The notes beneath the pieces are model-generated. The model was not told where the DNA came from, made no database searches, and was given only the letters and a program-made list of their open reading frames with translations. 64,000 nt of DNA from Candidatus Poribacteria bacterium (GTDB lineage: Bacteria; Poribacteria; WGA-4E; PCPOR2b). The position numbers were made by a program, and so were the translations under genes. Within the stretch, counting starts at the first letter, position 1, and every line of letters starts with the position of its first letter. The stretch lies in NCBI GenBank assembly GCA_965198175.1, contig OZ240245.1, positions 2,912,001-2,976,000 of the forward strand, read 5' to 3'. Shown here one piece after another: positions 40,348 through 50,666 of this stretch.

Positions 40348-41775
40348 CTAATTGAGTTCAATTCCCAACTTCTTAATCTTCTGCAGCAACGTTGTACGGC
40401 TGATTCCCAACAATTTCGCCGATTTCGTTTGATTTGCATCGACACTCTCAAGTATCAGCCGGATTAGCGCACCATCCACAGCATCCATCACTTCATTATA
40501 TAGCGAATCGTGATTGTGTGCCACGGCTTCCTGGATAGCCGGTCTCAAAGCAGATTCAAGTTGATTCTCTAGTTCCGGACGGTTTGAATGTTCCTTTTCT
40601 CTGCAACTCAGAATTTCGGGAGGAAGATATTCTGGTAGGACGATATCCGATCTTGAGAGAACAGCGGCGCTTTTAAGCGCGTTTTCTAACTCTCTTACAT
40701 TCCCCGGCCAATCGTATTCCTGCAACAACTCCAGGCACCGACTCGATACGCCCCTAATAGGTTTCTCTAGCTCTGCGCTAATCAACATCAAGAGGTGATC
40801 GACTAACAGCGGAATGTCCTCAACGCGCTCGCGCAACGGTGGCAGATGGATTGAGAGGCGTTTAAAACGGTAATAGAGATCTTCACGAAATCTCCCAAGT
40901 CTGGCAGCCTCGCCAAGATCTCGATTAGTTACAGCAATGATGCGCACATTAACTTTGATTGTTTCGGTTCCGCCTACCCTTTCGATTTCTTGTTCCTGTA
41001 AGGCACGCTGCAATTTGACCTGTAGCGCTGGGCTCATATTCGCCACTTCATCAAGCAACAGCGTCCCCCCGTCTGCAAGCTCAAATCTGCCCGGTTTCCC
41101 CTTTGTGCTTGCCCCTGTGAATGCACCTGGCTCGTATCCAAAGAGTTCGCTTTCTAGAAGCTCGTCCGGCAACGCGCCGCAGTTGACGGCGACAAAGGGT
41201 TTGTCTCTACGCATGCTATTCGCATGAATCGCTTGTGCGATTAACTCCTTCCCCGTTCCGCTTTCTCCTTCGATTAGCACCGTGATGGTGTTGGTTGCCA
41301 TGATGCCTATCAGCTTGTAAATCTCTTGCATCTGTGGGGATTTTCCAACGAGACGAGGTCCCAAGAACGAGCTTGGCATTTCCGCCTCCATTGAAGGAAG
41401 CTCGCCACGAGCAGTTTGCATCTCGACTGCGCGATCAAGTACCGCCTTCACTTTATCAAGATCAATCGGTTTGGGGAGAAAGTCAAATGCCTGCAACTTC
41501 ATGGCTTGGATGGTCGTATCCACGTCATCATATGCTGTCATCACGACAGCAATCGCATCCGGCTGCATTGATTTAACCTGCTTCAAGGCGTCCAACCCGC
41601 TCATGCCCGGCAATCGGACATCAAGTAAAACAATATCAGGGTTCTCAGATTTAATCTGCCGTAAACCCTCCTCTGCATTATTGGCGATAATCGGTTTGTA
41701 GCCTTCCTCGGCTAAAAACTGCTCAAACGCCCAACAGATTTTTTCATCATCATCAACCACTAGAATTTTCTTCAT
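40348..41775 (-). CDS. sigma54-dependent response regulator (NtrC/AtoC family)
   Basis: Receiver domain, GESGTGKE, GAFTGA, WPGNVRELEN, Fis-type HTH. Confidence 0.94.
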   Translation of the reverse strand: MKKILVVDDDEKICWAFEQFLAEEGYKPIIANNAEEGLRQIKSENPDIVLLDVRLPGMSGLDALKQVKSMQPDAIAVVMTAYDDVDTTIQAMKLQAFDFLPKPIDLDKVKAVLDRAVEMQTARGELPSMEAEMPSSFLGPRLVGKSPQMQEIYKLIGIMATNTITVLIEGESGTGKELIAQAIHANSMRRDKPFVAVNCGALPDELLESELFGYEPGAFTGASTKGKPGRFELADGGTLLLDEVANMSPALQVKLQRALQEQEIERVGGTETIKVNVRIIAVTNRDLGEAARLGRFREDLYYRFKRLSIHLPPLRERVEDIPLLVDHLLMLISAELEKPIRGVSSRCLELLQEYDWPGNVRELENALKSAAVLSRSDIVLPEYLPPEILSCREKEHSNRPELENQLESALRPAIQEAVAHNHDSLYNEVMDAVDGALIRLILESVDANQTKSAKLLGISRTTLLQKIKKLGIELN

Positions 41776-42187
41776 AATGCACCTAAGCGTACGAGTTTAA
41801 CAGCTAGTATCTTATCATGTTTCAGCCGAAGTTTCAAGCCAGATGATGTATTCCGTGCTCACTTCTTCTTCGCTTTTCTTCTCTCAATCATCCGTGATAG
41901 CCATCTTGATATCCCTACCTGGGTCAAGTCTCAATCAATTACCCTGATGGACGCTCTCAAGTTTGGTTCCAGAAGTGAGAACTAGACACTACTGAAAACG
42001 CCAAATCCAATTGGAAGATAGCTCTCCGATGGCTTCTATTCTATCCGAAAGTACTGAGCGAGTTTCAAATAATTATATTGCATTTTCGCGGCGATAAAGT
42101 TATCCTTAATATGGTCCGAACCACTTAACCTAGGAGCATAAGAGGAACAATGTTCAAATCTTACATTTGAATTTGCGTACAGTAATT

Positions 42188-42865
42188 ATGGGAAAAGAAA
42201 CATTGAAGCAGCTCGCAGCAGAGACAGCTACCAAGGACGTGCTGGATGGAATGGTTGTCGGACTCGGTACAGGCTCAACGGTTTACTACGCTTTGCTGAA
42301 GCTAGGTGAGATGGTACGAGACGGTCTTGATATTATCGGTATCCCAACATCGAAACAGACGGAAAAAATAGCGAAGGCACACGGTATACCACTCTCAACA
42401 CTAGAACAGCATTCAGTTGTCGATGTAACCATTGACGGAGCTGATGAGGTAGATGGTGACCTTAACCTGATTAAAGGCATGGGTGGTGCACTGTTGAGGG
42501 AAAAAATTGTCGCCCACGCTTCCAAACAACTCATCATCGTAGCGGATGAAGGCAAACTAGTGGAGGTCCTAGGCACAAAATCTCCTCTGCCCGTGGAGAT
42601 TGTTCCATTTGGTTGGCAAACCACGCAACTTGCCCTGAATCAACTCTGTGACAAATTTACATTACGCCTTGTCAATAATGCGCCATTCGTCACCGATAAC
42701 GGTAAGTACATTTTGGATTGTCACTTCGATACCATACCTCATCCCGCGCAAACCGAACTGGTAATCAATAATATCCCCGGCGTTGTTGAAAACGGTCTTT
42801 TTGTGAACCGGGCAAACAAGGTGATTATCGGCGCTACGTCAGGTATTCAGATCAGGAAAAGGTAA
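42188..42865 (+). CDS. rpiA: ribose-5-phosphate isomerase A
   Basis: GLGTGST, DGADEVD, IKGMGGALLREK, PGVVENGLF. Confidence 0.95.
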   Translation: MGKETLKQLAAETATKDVLDGMVVGLGTGSTVYYALLKLGEMVRDGLDIIGIPTSKQTEKIAKAHGIPLSTLEQHSVVDVTIDGADEVDGDLNLIKGMGGALLREKIVAHASKQLIIVADEGKLVEVLGTKSPLPVEIVPFGWQTTQLALNQLCDKFTLRLVNNAPFVTDNGKYILDCHFDTIPHPAQTELVINNIPGVVENGLFVNRANKVIIGATSGIQIRKR

Positions 42866-42866
42866 A

Positions 42867-43832
42867 TTGAAGAAATCTACTCAATTTAGTCGGTCGCAGG
42901 AGGGCACACTCAGTTTGGTACACGATGCAATACGTGTTGTGTATTGTGTATTGCGTGATGCTCCACCGCATACGGCTCGTCACTCACCATGTGCGATCTT
43001 ACTTCTTCTCTTTGTTTCCTGGTCCCCTTGTTTCCCGGTCCTACAACCCACTTGTTGGGCGGGACCGTATTTTCGAGAAAGTGGCCTGGTAGACATACCG
43101 ACGGGAAAAGTGGTCGAACATGGAATTTTCAACATCGGGACGTATTTCACTTTTCGCAACGAAGATACAATCCCACGCGATGAAGCAGCTGCTCGACTCG
43201 ATTTCGGACTTTTCGATAGGATTGAAATCGGTTTGACGAGTGCACGACTGAATCAGAAGAGCTATCTATCAGGGAATCTAAAGATTCTCCTATTCCGCGA
43301 AGCCGGCACAGTTCCCAATATCGCGATTGGTGTTGAAAACGTTGGAAACACGATTGAACATGGACTGAACGATTTAGTTCGCTACAAGCGACGGTCTACT
43401 TTCCTCGCAATTAGCAAGGTGTTTAATTTGCCCCGCATCCATCTGATTTCTGGACACATCGGTATCGGAAACCGCCGCTTCGTCGGTAATCTTGGCACGG
43501 GTAAGAGGTTAAACGGCGTGTTTTTCGGGATTAGCAAGGATTTCCAGCCCGCCTTCGCAAGGGGCGACCTCATTTTTAGCATTGAGGTGGATGGCAGAGG
43601 TGTTAACACGGGATTGAGCCATACGGCAAATAGCGGTCTGCAGGTTTACCTCGGTGTAGAAGCATTGAACGCACTGGCGATCGATCAAGAAGAAACCCGA
43701 TATCTGGCAGGTGTGGCGTGGACAAACCGTTCCTTGATGAAGCAAACCGAAGAAACAAAGCGGTTGACGGAACAAGCGGTTAAAATTGCGAATCAAGCCA
43801 AACGGAAGGCTGAGAAACAGTCAACAGATTAG
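42867..43832 (+). CDS. YjbH-like outer-membrane protein (start uncertain)
   Basis: SGLVDIPTG, PNIAIGVEN, HIGIGNRRF; beta-strand pattern. Confidence 0.55.
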   Translation: MKKSTQFSRSQEGTLSLVHDAIRVVYCVLRDAPPHTARHSPCAILLLLFVSWSPCFPVLQPTCWAGPYFRESGLVDIPTGKVVEHGIFNIGTYFTFRNEDTIPRDEAAARLDFGLFDRIEIGLTSARLNQKSYLSGNLKILLFREAGTVPNIAIGVENVGNTIEHGLNDLVRYKRRSTFLAISKVFNLPRIHLISGHIGIGNRRFVGNLGTGKRLNGVFFGISKDFQPAFARGDLIFSIEVDGRGVNTGLSHTANSGLQVYLGVEALNALAIDQEETRYLAGVAWTNRSLMKQTEETKRLTEQAVKIANQAKRKAEKQSTD

Positions 43833-43978
43833 CCGTGTTTCTGCCATCTACTCACACATGCTGCAATGGTGTATATAGCGATTGGCTGCAATTCGGTAAT
43901 TACGTCTCTTATGTTGCCCTCTCTTATTAACCTCACTTAGGTCTCGGACCTGCGCCGGGTCTTATTCTCGTTCCTTGG

Positions 43979-44824
43979 TTAGACTTGTCGATTAACCCCT
44001 GCCTCGATAAAAGCACGAGATAACGCTTCATAAGAAAGCACCGCTGCCATGAGCGGATTATAGTTCTTGCGGCACTGCACCATCATACTTACTTCAGCGG
44101 TAATGAATCCGTCATAGCCGTGTGTTTGCATCGCCTGCAGGTACGTCACATAATCGAAATTCCCCTCCCCGGGAATGAGGAACTCAAAGTCCGGATAGCG
44201 TCCGCGTTGATCTTTAATATGAGCGTGGACGGCATGCGGTGCGAGGGCAGCAACGGTTTCTTCGATTGTCATGCCGACGATGTCAAAATGGCTGATGTCG
44301 AAATTCACCTTCAGGTTTGGCGAACCCACCAGCTTGAGCAACTCAATCATTTTATCCGGTGTATCAATGATTGCTCCGACGTGAGGTTCCATCGCAATCG
44401 TCACACCCCGCGATTGCGCGTATTCAACGAGCTCGGATGTCCGTTCCACAAGTAATTGCTTCCGATTTGCCCACTGGTTCGGTTTGCCGCCTGGAGTCGT
44501 GTTGATTGCAGGAACTGCATCTCCCTGCGCCAAATCCACCGCCAGATCTATAGCTCCTTTCAGTCGCCACACATTCTGTGCGTGCGCTTCTAAATCCGTT
44601 TCCAGTAAACTCGAATGTGCAGCAATTGCCGGTAACGCCAGATGATATTTCTTCAGTAAATCAGCAACCCGTTTACGCTCATCACTGTCTAGCGTACTCA
44701 ATTCCGTCGTGTAGCGCGGAATGACAGTTAGTTCAATACCATCAAACCCGAGTTGTGCAAGATGACGCATTGCCACATCAACGGGCACGGTTGGCATTCC
44801 CCACGTGCTATAACCGAGCTTCAT
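43979..44824 (-). CDS. sugar phosphate isomerase/epimerase (xylose isomerase-like TIM barrel)
   Basis: GFDGIEL, AMEPH, NFDISH, HIKD, PGEGNFD. Confidence 0.88.
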   Translation of the reverse strand: MKLGYSTWGMPTVPVDVAMRHLAQLGFDGIELTVIPRYTTELSTLDSDERKRVADLLKKYHLALPAIAAHSSLLETDLEAHAQNVWRLKGAIDLAVDLAQGDAVPAINTTPGGKPNQWANRKQLLVERTSELVEYAQSRGVTIAMEPHVGAIIDTPDKMIELLKLVGSPNLKVNFDISHFDIVGMTIEETVAALAPHAVHAHIKDQRGRYPDFEFLIPGEGNFDYVTYLQAMQTHGYDGFITAEVSMMVQCRKNYNPLMAAVLSYEALSRAFIEAGVNRQV

Positions 44825-45627
44825 ACGTGCGCTCCCTTAGACCCTCGCGGCCAGACTTGCGGGAAATGCCGTCCCTTCATCTTTTCTCCGTCAGCTACTT
44901 CTACGAACGGCTTCATCACATGTTCACCGCTGGCAACATACCGTGTTTCCTGGGTCATATAGTGAATCGCAATAGCGCGTCGAGGTTGTCCGCTAGAATT
45001 TACGTGAGATGCGTGCCAAGTCAACCCGTGGTGGTAATGTACCTCTCCTTTCCGCACAGGGCACCGCAAAACCTCTACTGTGTGTCCATTGAACTCAGCA
45101 GGAATGTCCTCCAAACGCTTCAATGCCTGAAGGAACTCAACGTGATCGCCCCAGCGGTACGAACCTGACACCATACTCATGCAGCCATTGGATTCATCGA
45201 CATCGTCTAAAGCGATCCAAGCAGTAACTTCAGTCATCGGAAGCAGAATCGGCCAGAGCGGTGCGTCCTGATGCCATCGATTAACTCCCCCCACCTCGGG
45301 AGGCTTGTACTGAATCTGATCATGCCATACCCGCAACTCGGTAGCGCGTGTCAACTGAGCAATTTCCTCTACAATCTTCCGTTCACTCAAGAGCGCTCGG
45401 TATGCATCGCTCACCTCCCAAATATTGACAATTTGCCAGACTAACTTGTTAGGAGTGCTCGTCGCGTTGCGCTGCAGGAGCGGCTGCGGGGCATTGACGT
45501 TGTTTCTGTTATCAATGACTCGCGTTAGTTCACGTCGCAACACATCCACCTGATCGCGATCCAGCAGAACACCACCATTGAGGAACCCCCTTGCGTCGAA
45601 TTTCTCTACTTGTGCTTCGGTCAACAT
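44821..45627 (-). CDS. phytanoyl-CoA dioxygenase (PhyH) family protein
   Basis: WHQD, NGCMSMVSGS, WHASHVNSSGQPRRA. Confidence 0.9.
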   Translation of the reverse strand: MLTEAQVEKFDARGFLNGGVLLDRDQVDVLRRELTRVIDNRNNVNAPQPLLQRNATSTPNKLVWQIVNIWEVSDAYRALLSERKIVEEIAQLTRATELRVWHDQIQYKPPEVGGVNRWHQDAPLWPILLPMTEVTAWIALDDVDESNGCMSMVSGSYRWGDHVEFLQALKRLEDIPAEFNGHTVEVLRCPVRKGEVHYHHGLTWHASHVNSSGQPRRAIAIHYMTQETRYVASGEHVMKPFVEVADGEKMKGRHFPQVWPRGSKGAHV

Positions 45628-45760
45628 CAGTTACTCCTTCCTATTCAATTCTAAATGCTATTGGCGGTTGCACGATGTATCGCAAGTGCAGTTAATGGCG
45701 TTTCAAGAAGATTTTGTGAGTGTGAAAGCCGTATTGACCACCGCATTACGGTTTACAGGG

Positions 45761-47047
45761 TTAGGAAAGACCTCCCACACTTCGTATTCCCAAACTTTCG
45801 TTGATTTCCTGTTGATAGGTATCGATCTGTTCGCTAATCACTTGGTCCACTGTAACAGGGCGACCGATATCATTGGATTCCAGCATCGCATACGAAACAG
45901 CAACAGACCGTGCACCTTGCTCGGCATCCACTTCAACATCCGCCTCCCCAGAGATTGCTTCTGCAAAGTTTCCATATTCAATAGCGATATTCTTTCGATC
46001 TGTTTCGGGAAAAGGGAATTGGTAATGCCACAGCCGATCGCCTCCAAACAAATCCGCTGTTATTGAATCGAGATGAAAATCGGGAACAAGATCTAGAACC
46101 CTCTCATCATCGATAACATCCTCACCCTCAATGTATAGAGTAATCGTCCCACCGCTACGATCCTGTGGCAGAATCACTGATCCCCGAGAGCCGTGAATGC
46201 GCCGTGTCCATAGGCTCTGACCAAAGCCGGCGTGATCTTCGATGTACTGCCCCACAATACCGTTTTTGAAGGTCAGTGTTGCATAAGCGGCATCTTCTGC
46301 TGAGGCTTCAAATTCGGCTGGCATCTGTTTCTGCCAATGTTCATAAACTCGACTAGGGTTAGATTCAGCGATTTCCCCTTCAGCCGCTGGGTTTTTACGG
46401 ATGCGTTCGTGCAGTCTCGTCTTCGCGTAAACCGTTTCTACCTCGCCCAGCAAGTGTTCCATCATATCTGTGAAGTGAACTCCGACATCTAGAAGTAGAC
46501 CGCCTTGGTTCTTTTGATGGCGCCACGCTGTGATTAACATCCGATCCCTGCCTCCAACAGAATGATGGAGGAGAAAGCGCGGATCTCCGATGACATCCGC
46601 GTTCAGAAGTGCTTTTGCCAACCGGTTGATGGGATCACGGCGATAATTCTCCGCCACACTCAAAATTGCGTTGGAGTTCTCTGCAGTACGCCAAATTAAG
46701 TTGCAGGCACGGACCGTAACGCCCATTGGCTTTTCAACCATCGTATGCCACGCCCGATTCAGCGTTTCAATGACGAGCACATGATGATATTGCGGCGTTG
46801 TGGTCACACTGACTGCTTCAACACCGAGCGCTGCCAATTCATCCAGATCGCTGACGACAATAGGCCGGGTTCCAAATTCGTTCTCAGCCTGATTCGCAAG
46901 GAATTCCGCGTTCTCTCGCACCGGATCGCATACCCCAACAAGCTCAAAGCGTGCCCACCCGATACGGCGGAGTTCTGCAAGTCCATACAGATGACGATGT
47001 CCCATACCCCCACAGCCGACAATAGCCAATCGAATTTTCCGACTCAC
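45761..47047 (-). CDS. Gfo/Idh/MocA oxidoreductase
   Basis: IVGCGGMG, VEKPM, GGLLLDVGVHFTD. Confidence 0.9.
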   Translation of the reverse strand: MSRKIRLAIVGCGGMGHRHLYGLAELRRIGWARFELVGVCDPVRENAEFLANQAENEFGTRPIVVSDLDELAALGVEAVSVTTTPQYHHVLVIETLNRAWHTMVEKPMGVTVRACNLIWRTAENSNAILSVAENYRRDPINRLAKALLNADVIGDPRFLLHHSVGGRDRMLITAWRHQKNQGGLLLDVGVHFTDMMEHLLGEVETVYAKTRLHERIRKNPAAEGEIAESNPSRVYEHWQKQMPAEFEASAEDAAYATLTFKNGIVGQYIEDHAGFGQSLWTRRIHGSRGSVILPQDRSGGTITLYIEGEDVIDDERVLDLVPDFHLDSITADLFGGDRLWHYQFPFPETDRKNIAIEYGNFAEAISGEADVEVDAEQGARSVAVSYAMLESNDIGRPVTVDQVISEQIDTYQQEINESLGIRSVGGLS

Positions 47048-47240
47048 TGTTTCCTCTCTCTCTCGAACGAAATTAAGGATTTGGTTTGCCCATTATAACG
47101 GCGTCATAGGCAGATGTCAATGCCAAAAGATTCCAGGTCGGCAATCTATTGGAACTGACAATCGTCTTGCATTGCAACTTAGGTTTCTGATAAAATCTAT
47201 AAAATAAATCGAACTGACCCAATTGTGAAAGTGTGTTGTA

Positions 47241-47789
47241 ATGAAACGTGTGTGCGTATTCTGTGGATCAAGTTTGGGAAGGAAAGCAGCGTATGCCGAA
47301 GCCGCAAGGCAGTTAGGTCACGCCTTGGTAAGGAGAAACCTAGGGCTTGTCTATGGCGGCACAGACGTCGGCATGATGGGTGAGCTTGCCAACGCCGTCC
47401 TTGATGCCGGTGGCGAAGTGATTGGCGTCGTGCCTACGATATTCGTCGAGAGGAAAATCGCCCACGCCTCACTTTCTAATTTGCGAATCGTTAGCTCGAT
47501 GCACGAACGAAAAGGGCTCATGGCTGAACTTTCCGATGCGTTCATCGCGCTCCCCGGCGGATTCGGCACAATCGACGAATTTTTCGAGATGGTAACATGG
47601 ACGCAACTTGGTCTACACCGAAAACCGTGTGGTCTTCTGGACGTATGCCAATATTACAGCAAACTAGCGAATTTCCTCGATTATGCGGTATCGGAGGGAT
47701 TTATCAAGTCGCATCACCGTTCACTGATACTGATTGATGAAAGCCCGGATGCGTTGTTGAAAAAGTTTGACAAGTTAATGTCCCACTGA
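47241..47789 (+). CDS. LOG-family nucleotide monophosphate phosphoribohydrolase
   Basis: VFCGSSLG, SMHERK, ALPGGFGTIDE. Confidence 0.92.
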   Translation: MKRVCVFCGSSLGRKAAYAEAARQLGHALVRRNLGLVYGGTDVGMMGELANAVLDAGGEVIGVVPTIFVERKIAHASLSNLRIVSSMHERKGLMAELSDAFIALPGGFGTIDEFFEMVTWTQLGLHRKPCGLLDVCQYYSKLANFLDYAVSEGFIKSHHRSLILIDESPDALLKKFDKLMSH

Positions 47790-47821
47790 ATTACTCACAG
47801 GATAACCGCGAGGAGAGTATC

Positions 47822-48841
47822 ATAAAAGCCGCTGTCTTTGAAGAAATTGGGAAATTAAGCGTACAGGATAAACCGGTCCCAACCCTCAATTCAGGCGATG
47901 TCCTTATCAAGGTCGACCTTTGCGGTATTTGTGCATCTGACTTAGCAGCGCTCATCGGGGACATCACCGACTACTCACCGCCCGTCGTCATGGGACACGA
48001 ACTCGCCGGGGTCGTCGTTGAAAGCCGACATCCCGATGTGGAAGTCGGCGGGAAAGTGACCGCGAATCCGATGCTCTCCTGTGGAAACTGTGATAACTGC
48101 CGCGCAGACCTAGACAAGTACTGCTCGAAGATCGAGGGAATCGGACATGACATTGACGGCGGATATGCCGAATATCTCCGGATGCCAAAGCACGGAATTG
48201 ATACAGGCAAGCTCATCTCCGTACCAGATACGATTCCGCAAGAAGAACTGATTTTTCTAGAACCGTTGGGATGCTGTATCAATGCGATGCGTGAAACAAT
48301 CTTCGATAAGAGCGTAGCTATCTTGGGCGCAGGTCCCATTGGCTTGATGTTTGCCCAACTAGCGAAAAAGGCGGGATTACAGACATTTGTTCTCGAGCCG
48401 CTCGCGCACCGGCGATGCGCAGCAGTTGAATTGAGCACGGATGCCACATTTGATATTACAGCGAAGCAGGTGGAGATGCTCATTGAGAAGACCAACGGCG
48501 GCGTGGATACAGTCATCTCTGCAACTGTCAATAATCAGCGCGCGATTAATCTCGCTTTCAAGGTTGTTCGGCGAGGCGGCTGTGTGAACTTCTTCGGACT
48601 GACACCGAGAGGGCAGGAACTGCGGATTGGCCTCGAACATTTTCATTACATGGGCCACAAGCTCATGGCATCGTGGGCATTCTCGCGCTGGAGTTTGAGC
48701 GAATCCCGTCGCATGATCGTTGAGCAGGAGTTCCATTTGGAACCCCTACTTACGGACCAATTTCGCATCGATCAGGCGGTTGAGGCGTTTCAAAATACAC
48801 AACAACACCGCGGCATCAAAAGTGTGTTCGTTGGCGAATAA
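47822..48841 (+). CDS. Zn-dependent alcohol dehydrogenase (MDR); apparent non-canonical ATA start
   Basis: Frame extends upstream of the track start 47990: (I)KAAVFEEIG...CGICASD...GHE; structural Zn cysteines; GAGPIG. Confidence 0.85.
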   Translation: MKAAVFEEIGKLSVQDKPVPTLNSGDVLIKVDLCGICASDLAALIGDITDYSPPVVMGHELAGVVVESRHPDVEVGGKVTANPMLSCGNCDNCRADLDKYCSKIEGIGHDIDGGYAEYLRMPKHGIDTGKLISVPDTIPQEELIFLEPLGCCINAMRETIFDKSVAILGAGPIGLMFAQLAKKAGLQTFVLEPLAHRRCAAVELSTDATFDITAKQVEMLIEKTNGGVDTVISATVNNQRAINLAFKVVRRGGCVNFFGLTPRGQELRIGLEHFHYMGHKLMASWAFSRWSLSESRRMIVEQEFHLEPLLTDQFRIDQAVEAFQNTQQHRGIKSVFVGE

Positions 48842-49237
48842 GTTTGCCAAAACCGGGCAATTTTGTTATTTTCACCCGCCCAAAGTGTGCTATGATGTCC
48901 GGCGTCGCAATAGGACAGAAGATCTCACGACTGCCAACTCCGGCAGTCGCTCTTATCCATTCCTTGAGATGGTGAAGTATTGTGGTATTTACGGAACCCA
49001 CAAAAAAATTGAATCTATTACATCGGGTTAAGGCAGCTTATTGAGGTGGTCGTAACTCGACGGAGGGACTTGTCGCCAGTGGACTTTACTTTTCCCAGTT
49101 GGCAATACCATCCTTTTAGGGAGGGTTGTTGCCGGATAAGATCGTGCACTCGGAGAATCCTTTAGAAACCATATCCTATCTATCAAGACCTAAAGACCAG
49201 AAGGACGTGGAAGCAGAATGAATGCAAGGAGGCAAGC

Positions 49238-49936
49238 ATGGAATTGCTGGATACAATACGGTACGTTGGTGTTGTCTTACTAATAATTACCTACGTATGG
49301 TGGGTAAAGGTGACGAAACGGCTTCAATCAAGCACTAGCTCGATAATCTCAGAAACGCGAAACATTAATAACGATATGAAGGAAACTCTGGATGACATGA
49401 AAGAAGACCGTGATGCCATAATACAAGTCACTGGTAGCATGGAATCTCATGCTTCGGCGTTTGAGGAAGAAATCAGAGAGTTTAAGGAGATATTCAACAA
49501 CAACGTTATGAAGCACGTTCAGTTGTTAAATCGAAAAGTTGAAGGACTCGGAGCACGATGGGGTATTCAAAGCGAAAATGCATTTCGATCGGGAATGGAA
49601 AGTATATTGACCGAAACCGGTTATAGTGTTGAGAAATATAGAAAGCATGACACAAAAGGGGTTGTTTTTGGTCACCCAGGTGAGGAAGTGGAAATTGATG
49701 TTGTTACAAGAAACGGCAGAACCTTCTTGGTTGAAATTAAATCCAGAATAGATCGTAGCGATGTCGTCACGTTCGACAGGCTTACAAAATTTTATGAGGC
49801 GGAGGAGAACCGAACAGCCTATTCAAAAATTCTGATTTCGCCATTTATTGATGAACGAGCAAAAAGACTTGCGGAAAAATTTGGAATAACACTGTGCACG
49901 GATACAACCGATTTTCCAAAAGACAACATTAGCTAA
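49238..49936 (+). CDS. TM + coiled coil + PD-(D/E)XK nuclease-like protein (DUF3782-like)
   Basis: N-terminal TM helix, LGARWGIQSENAFR, EIDVVTRNGRTFLVEIKS. Confidence 0.7.
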   Translation: MELLDTIRYVGVVLLIITYVWWVKVTKRLQSSTSSIISETRNINNDMKETLDDMKEDRDAIIQVTGSMESHASAFEEEIREFKEIFNNNVMKHVQLLNRKVEGLGARWGIQSENAFRSGMESILTETGYSVEKYRKHDTKGVVFGHPGEEVEIDVVTRNGRTFLVEIKSRIDRSDVVTFDRLTKFYEAEENRTAYSKILISPFIDERAKRLAEKFGITLCTDTTDFPKDNIS

Positions 49937-50046
49937 ATCATTGCATTGGCAAATTTCTTCCGACGGGGCTTGGGGGTTTAGGGCAACTGAATGCCCACCG
50001 AGAAGAGAGTTCCTGTCCCCGTCACCTTCTTACCACGGAGACATGA

Positions 50047-50580
50047 ATGAGCATTAACTGGACGGAGCTTCTCAAGCCGCCCGTGATTCCGAACCCCTGC
50101 ATCAATCAACGCCCGTTTGTGTGCGACGGCTTTCCTGATGAGTCCGAAGTGATTGTTATAGGTACAAATCCAAGAAACGATCTTGGCGTTAATTGGTGGG
50201 ATTTTTGGGACAATAGCTCTGGTTTTGACTACTGTCGTTTCTCGGATGTCTACCAAGAAAAGGGGGGCAACTTAAAAACTGGTACACGAGGGCGTTTCAC
50301 GCGAATCCGGTGCCAACACAGAATTAAATGTGTTGAAACCAATGTTTATAATTCTGAAGGCTCATGTAAAGGGAAGAAAGCGATTTCAAACCAAGAAATC
50401 TTAAAAATCCTATTAAGGAACATGCTGAACCTGAAGGCGGTTATCGCACACGGGATACCTGCACGGGACTGGACAGATGTCAACCAGAATCTAATCTGTG
50501 TCCCATGCCATCGGGTCGATCATTTCGGTACGCCCGTTCAGTTCAAGGAAAAAAAACAAAAAAATCGATGCCGACATTGA
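50047..50580 (+). CDS. uracil-DNA-glycosylase-superfamily-like protein (C-terminus possibly frameshifted)
   Basis: RPFVCDG...VIVIGTNP, VETNVY, VIAHGIPA, VDHF correspond to UDG-fold motifs. Confidence 0.55.
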   Translation: MSINWTELLKPPVIPNPCINQRPFVCDGFPDESEVIVIGTNPRNDLGVNWWDFWDNSSGFDYCRFSDVYQEKGGNLKTGTRGRFTRIRCQHRIKCVETNVYNSEGSCKGKKAISNQEILKILLRNMLNLKAVIAHGIPARDWTDVNQNLICVPCHRVDHFGTPVQFKEKKQKNRCRH

Positions 50581-50666
50581 TCGCATCTGTGAAGAAATCA
50601 AGAAAAAAGGTGAATATCCGGAGTAATATTCACTGTTCACTCAATTACTTAAAAGGAGTTTTCTCG

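Noticed and set aside
50505..50666. Longer start for the 50981-ending ORF
   Set aside because: Overlaps the upstream gene; a clear RBS supports ATG 50667
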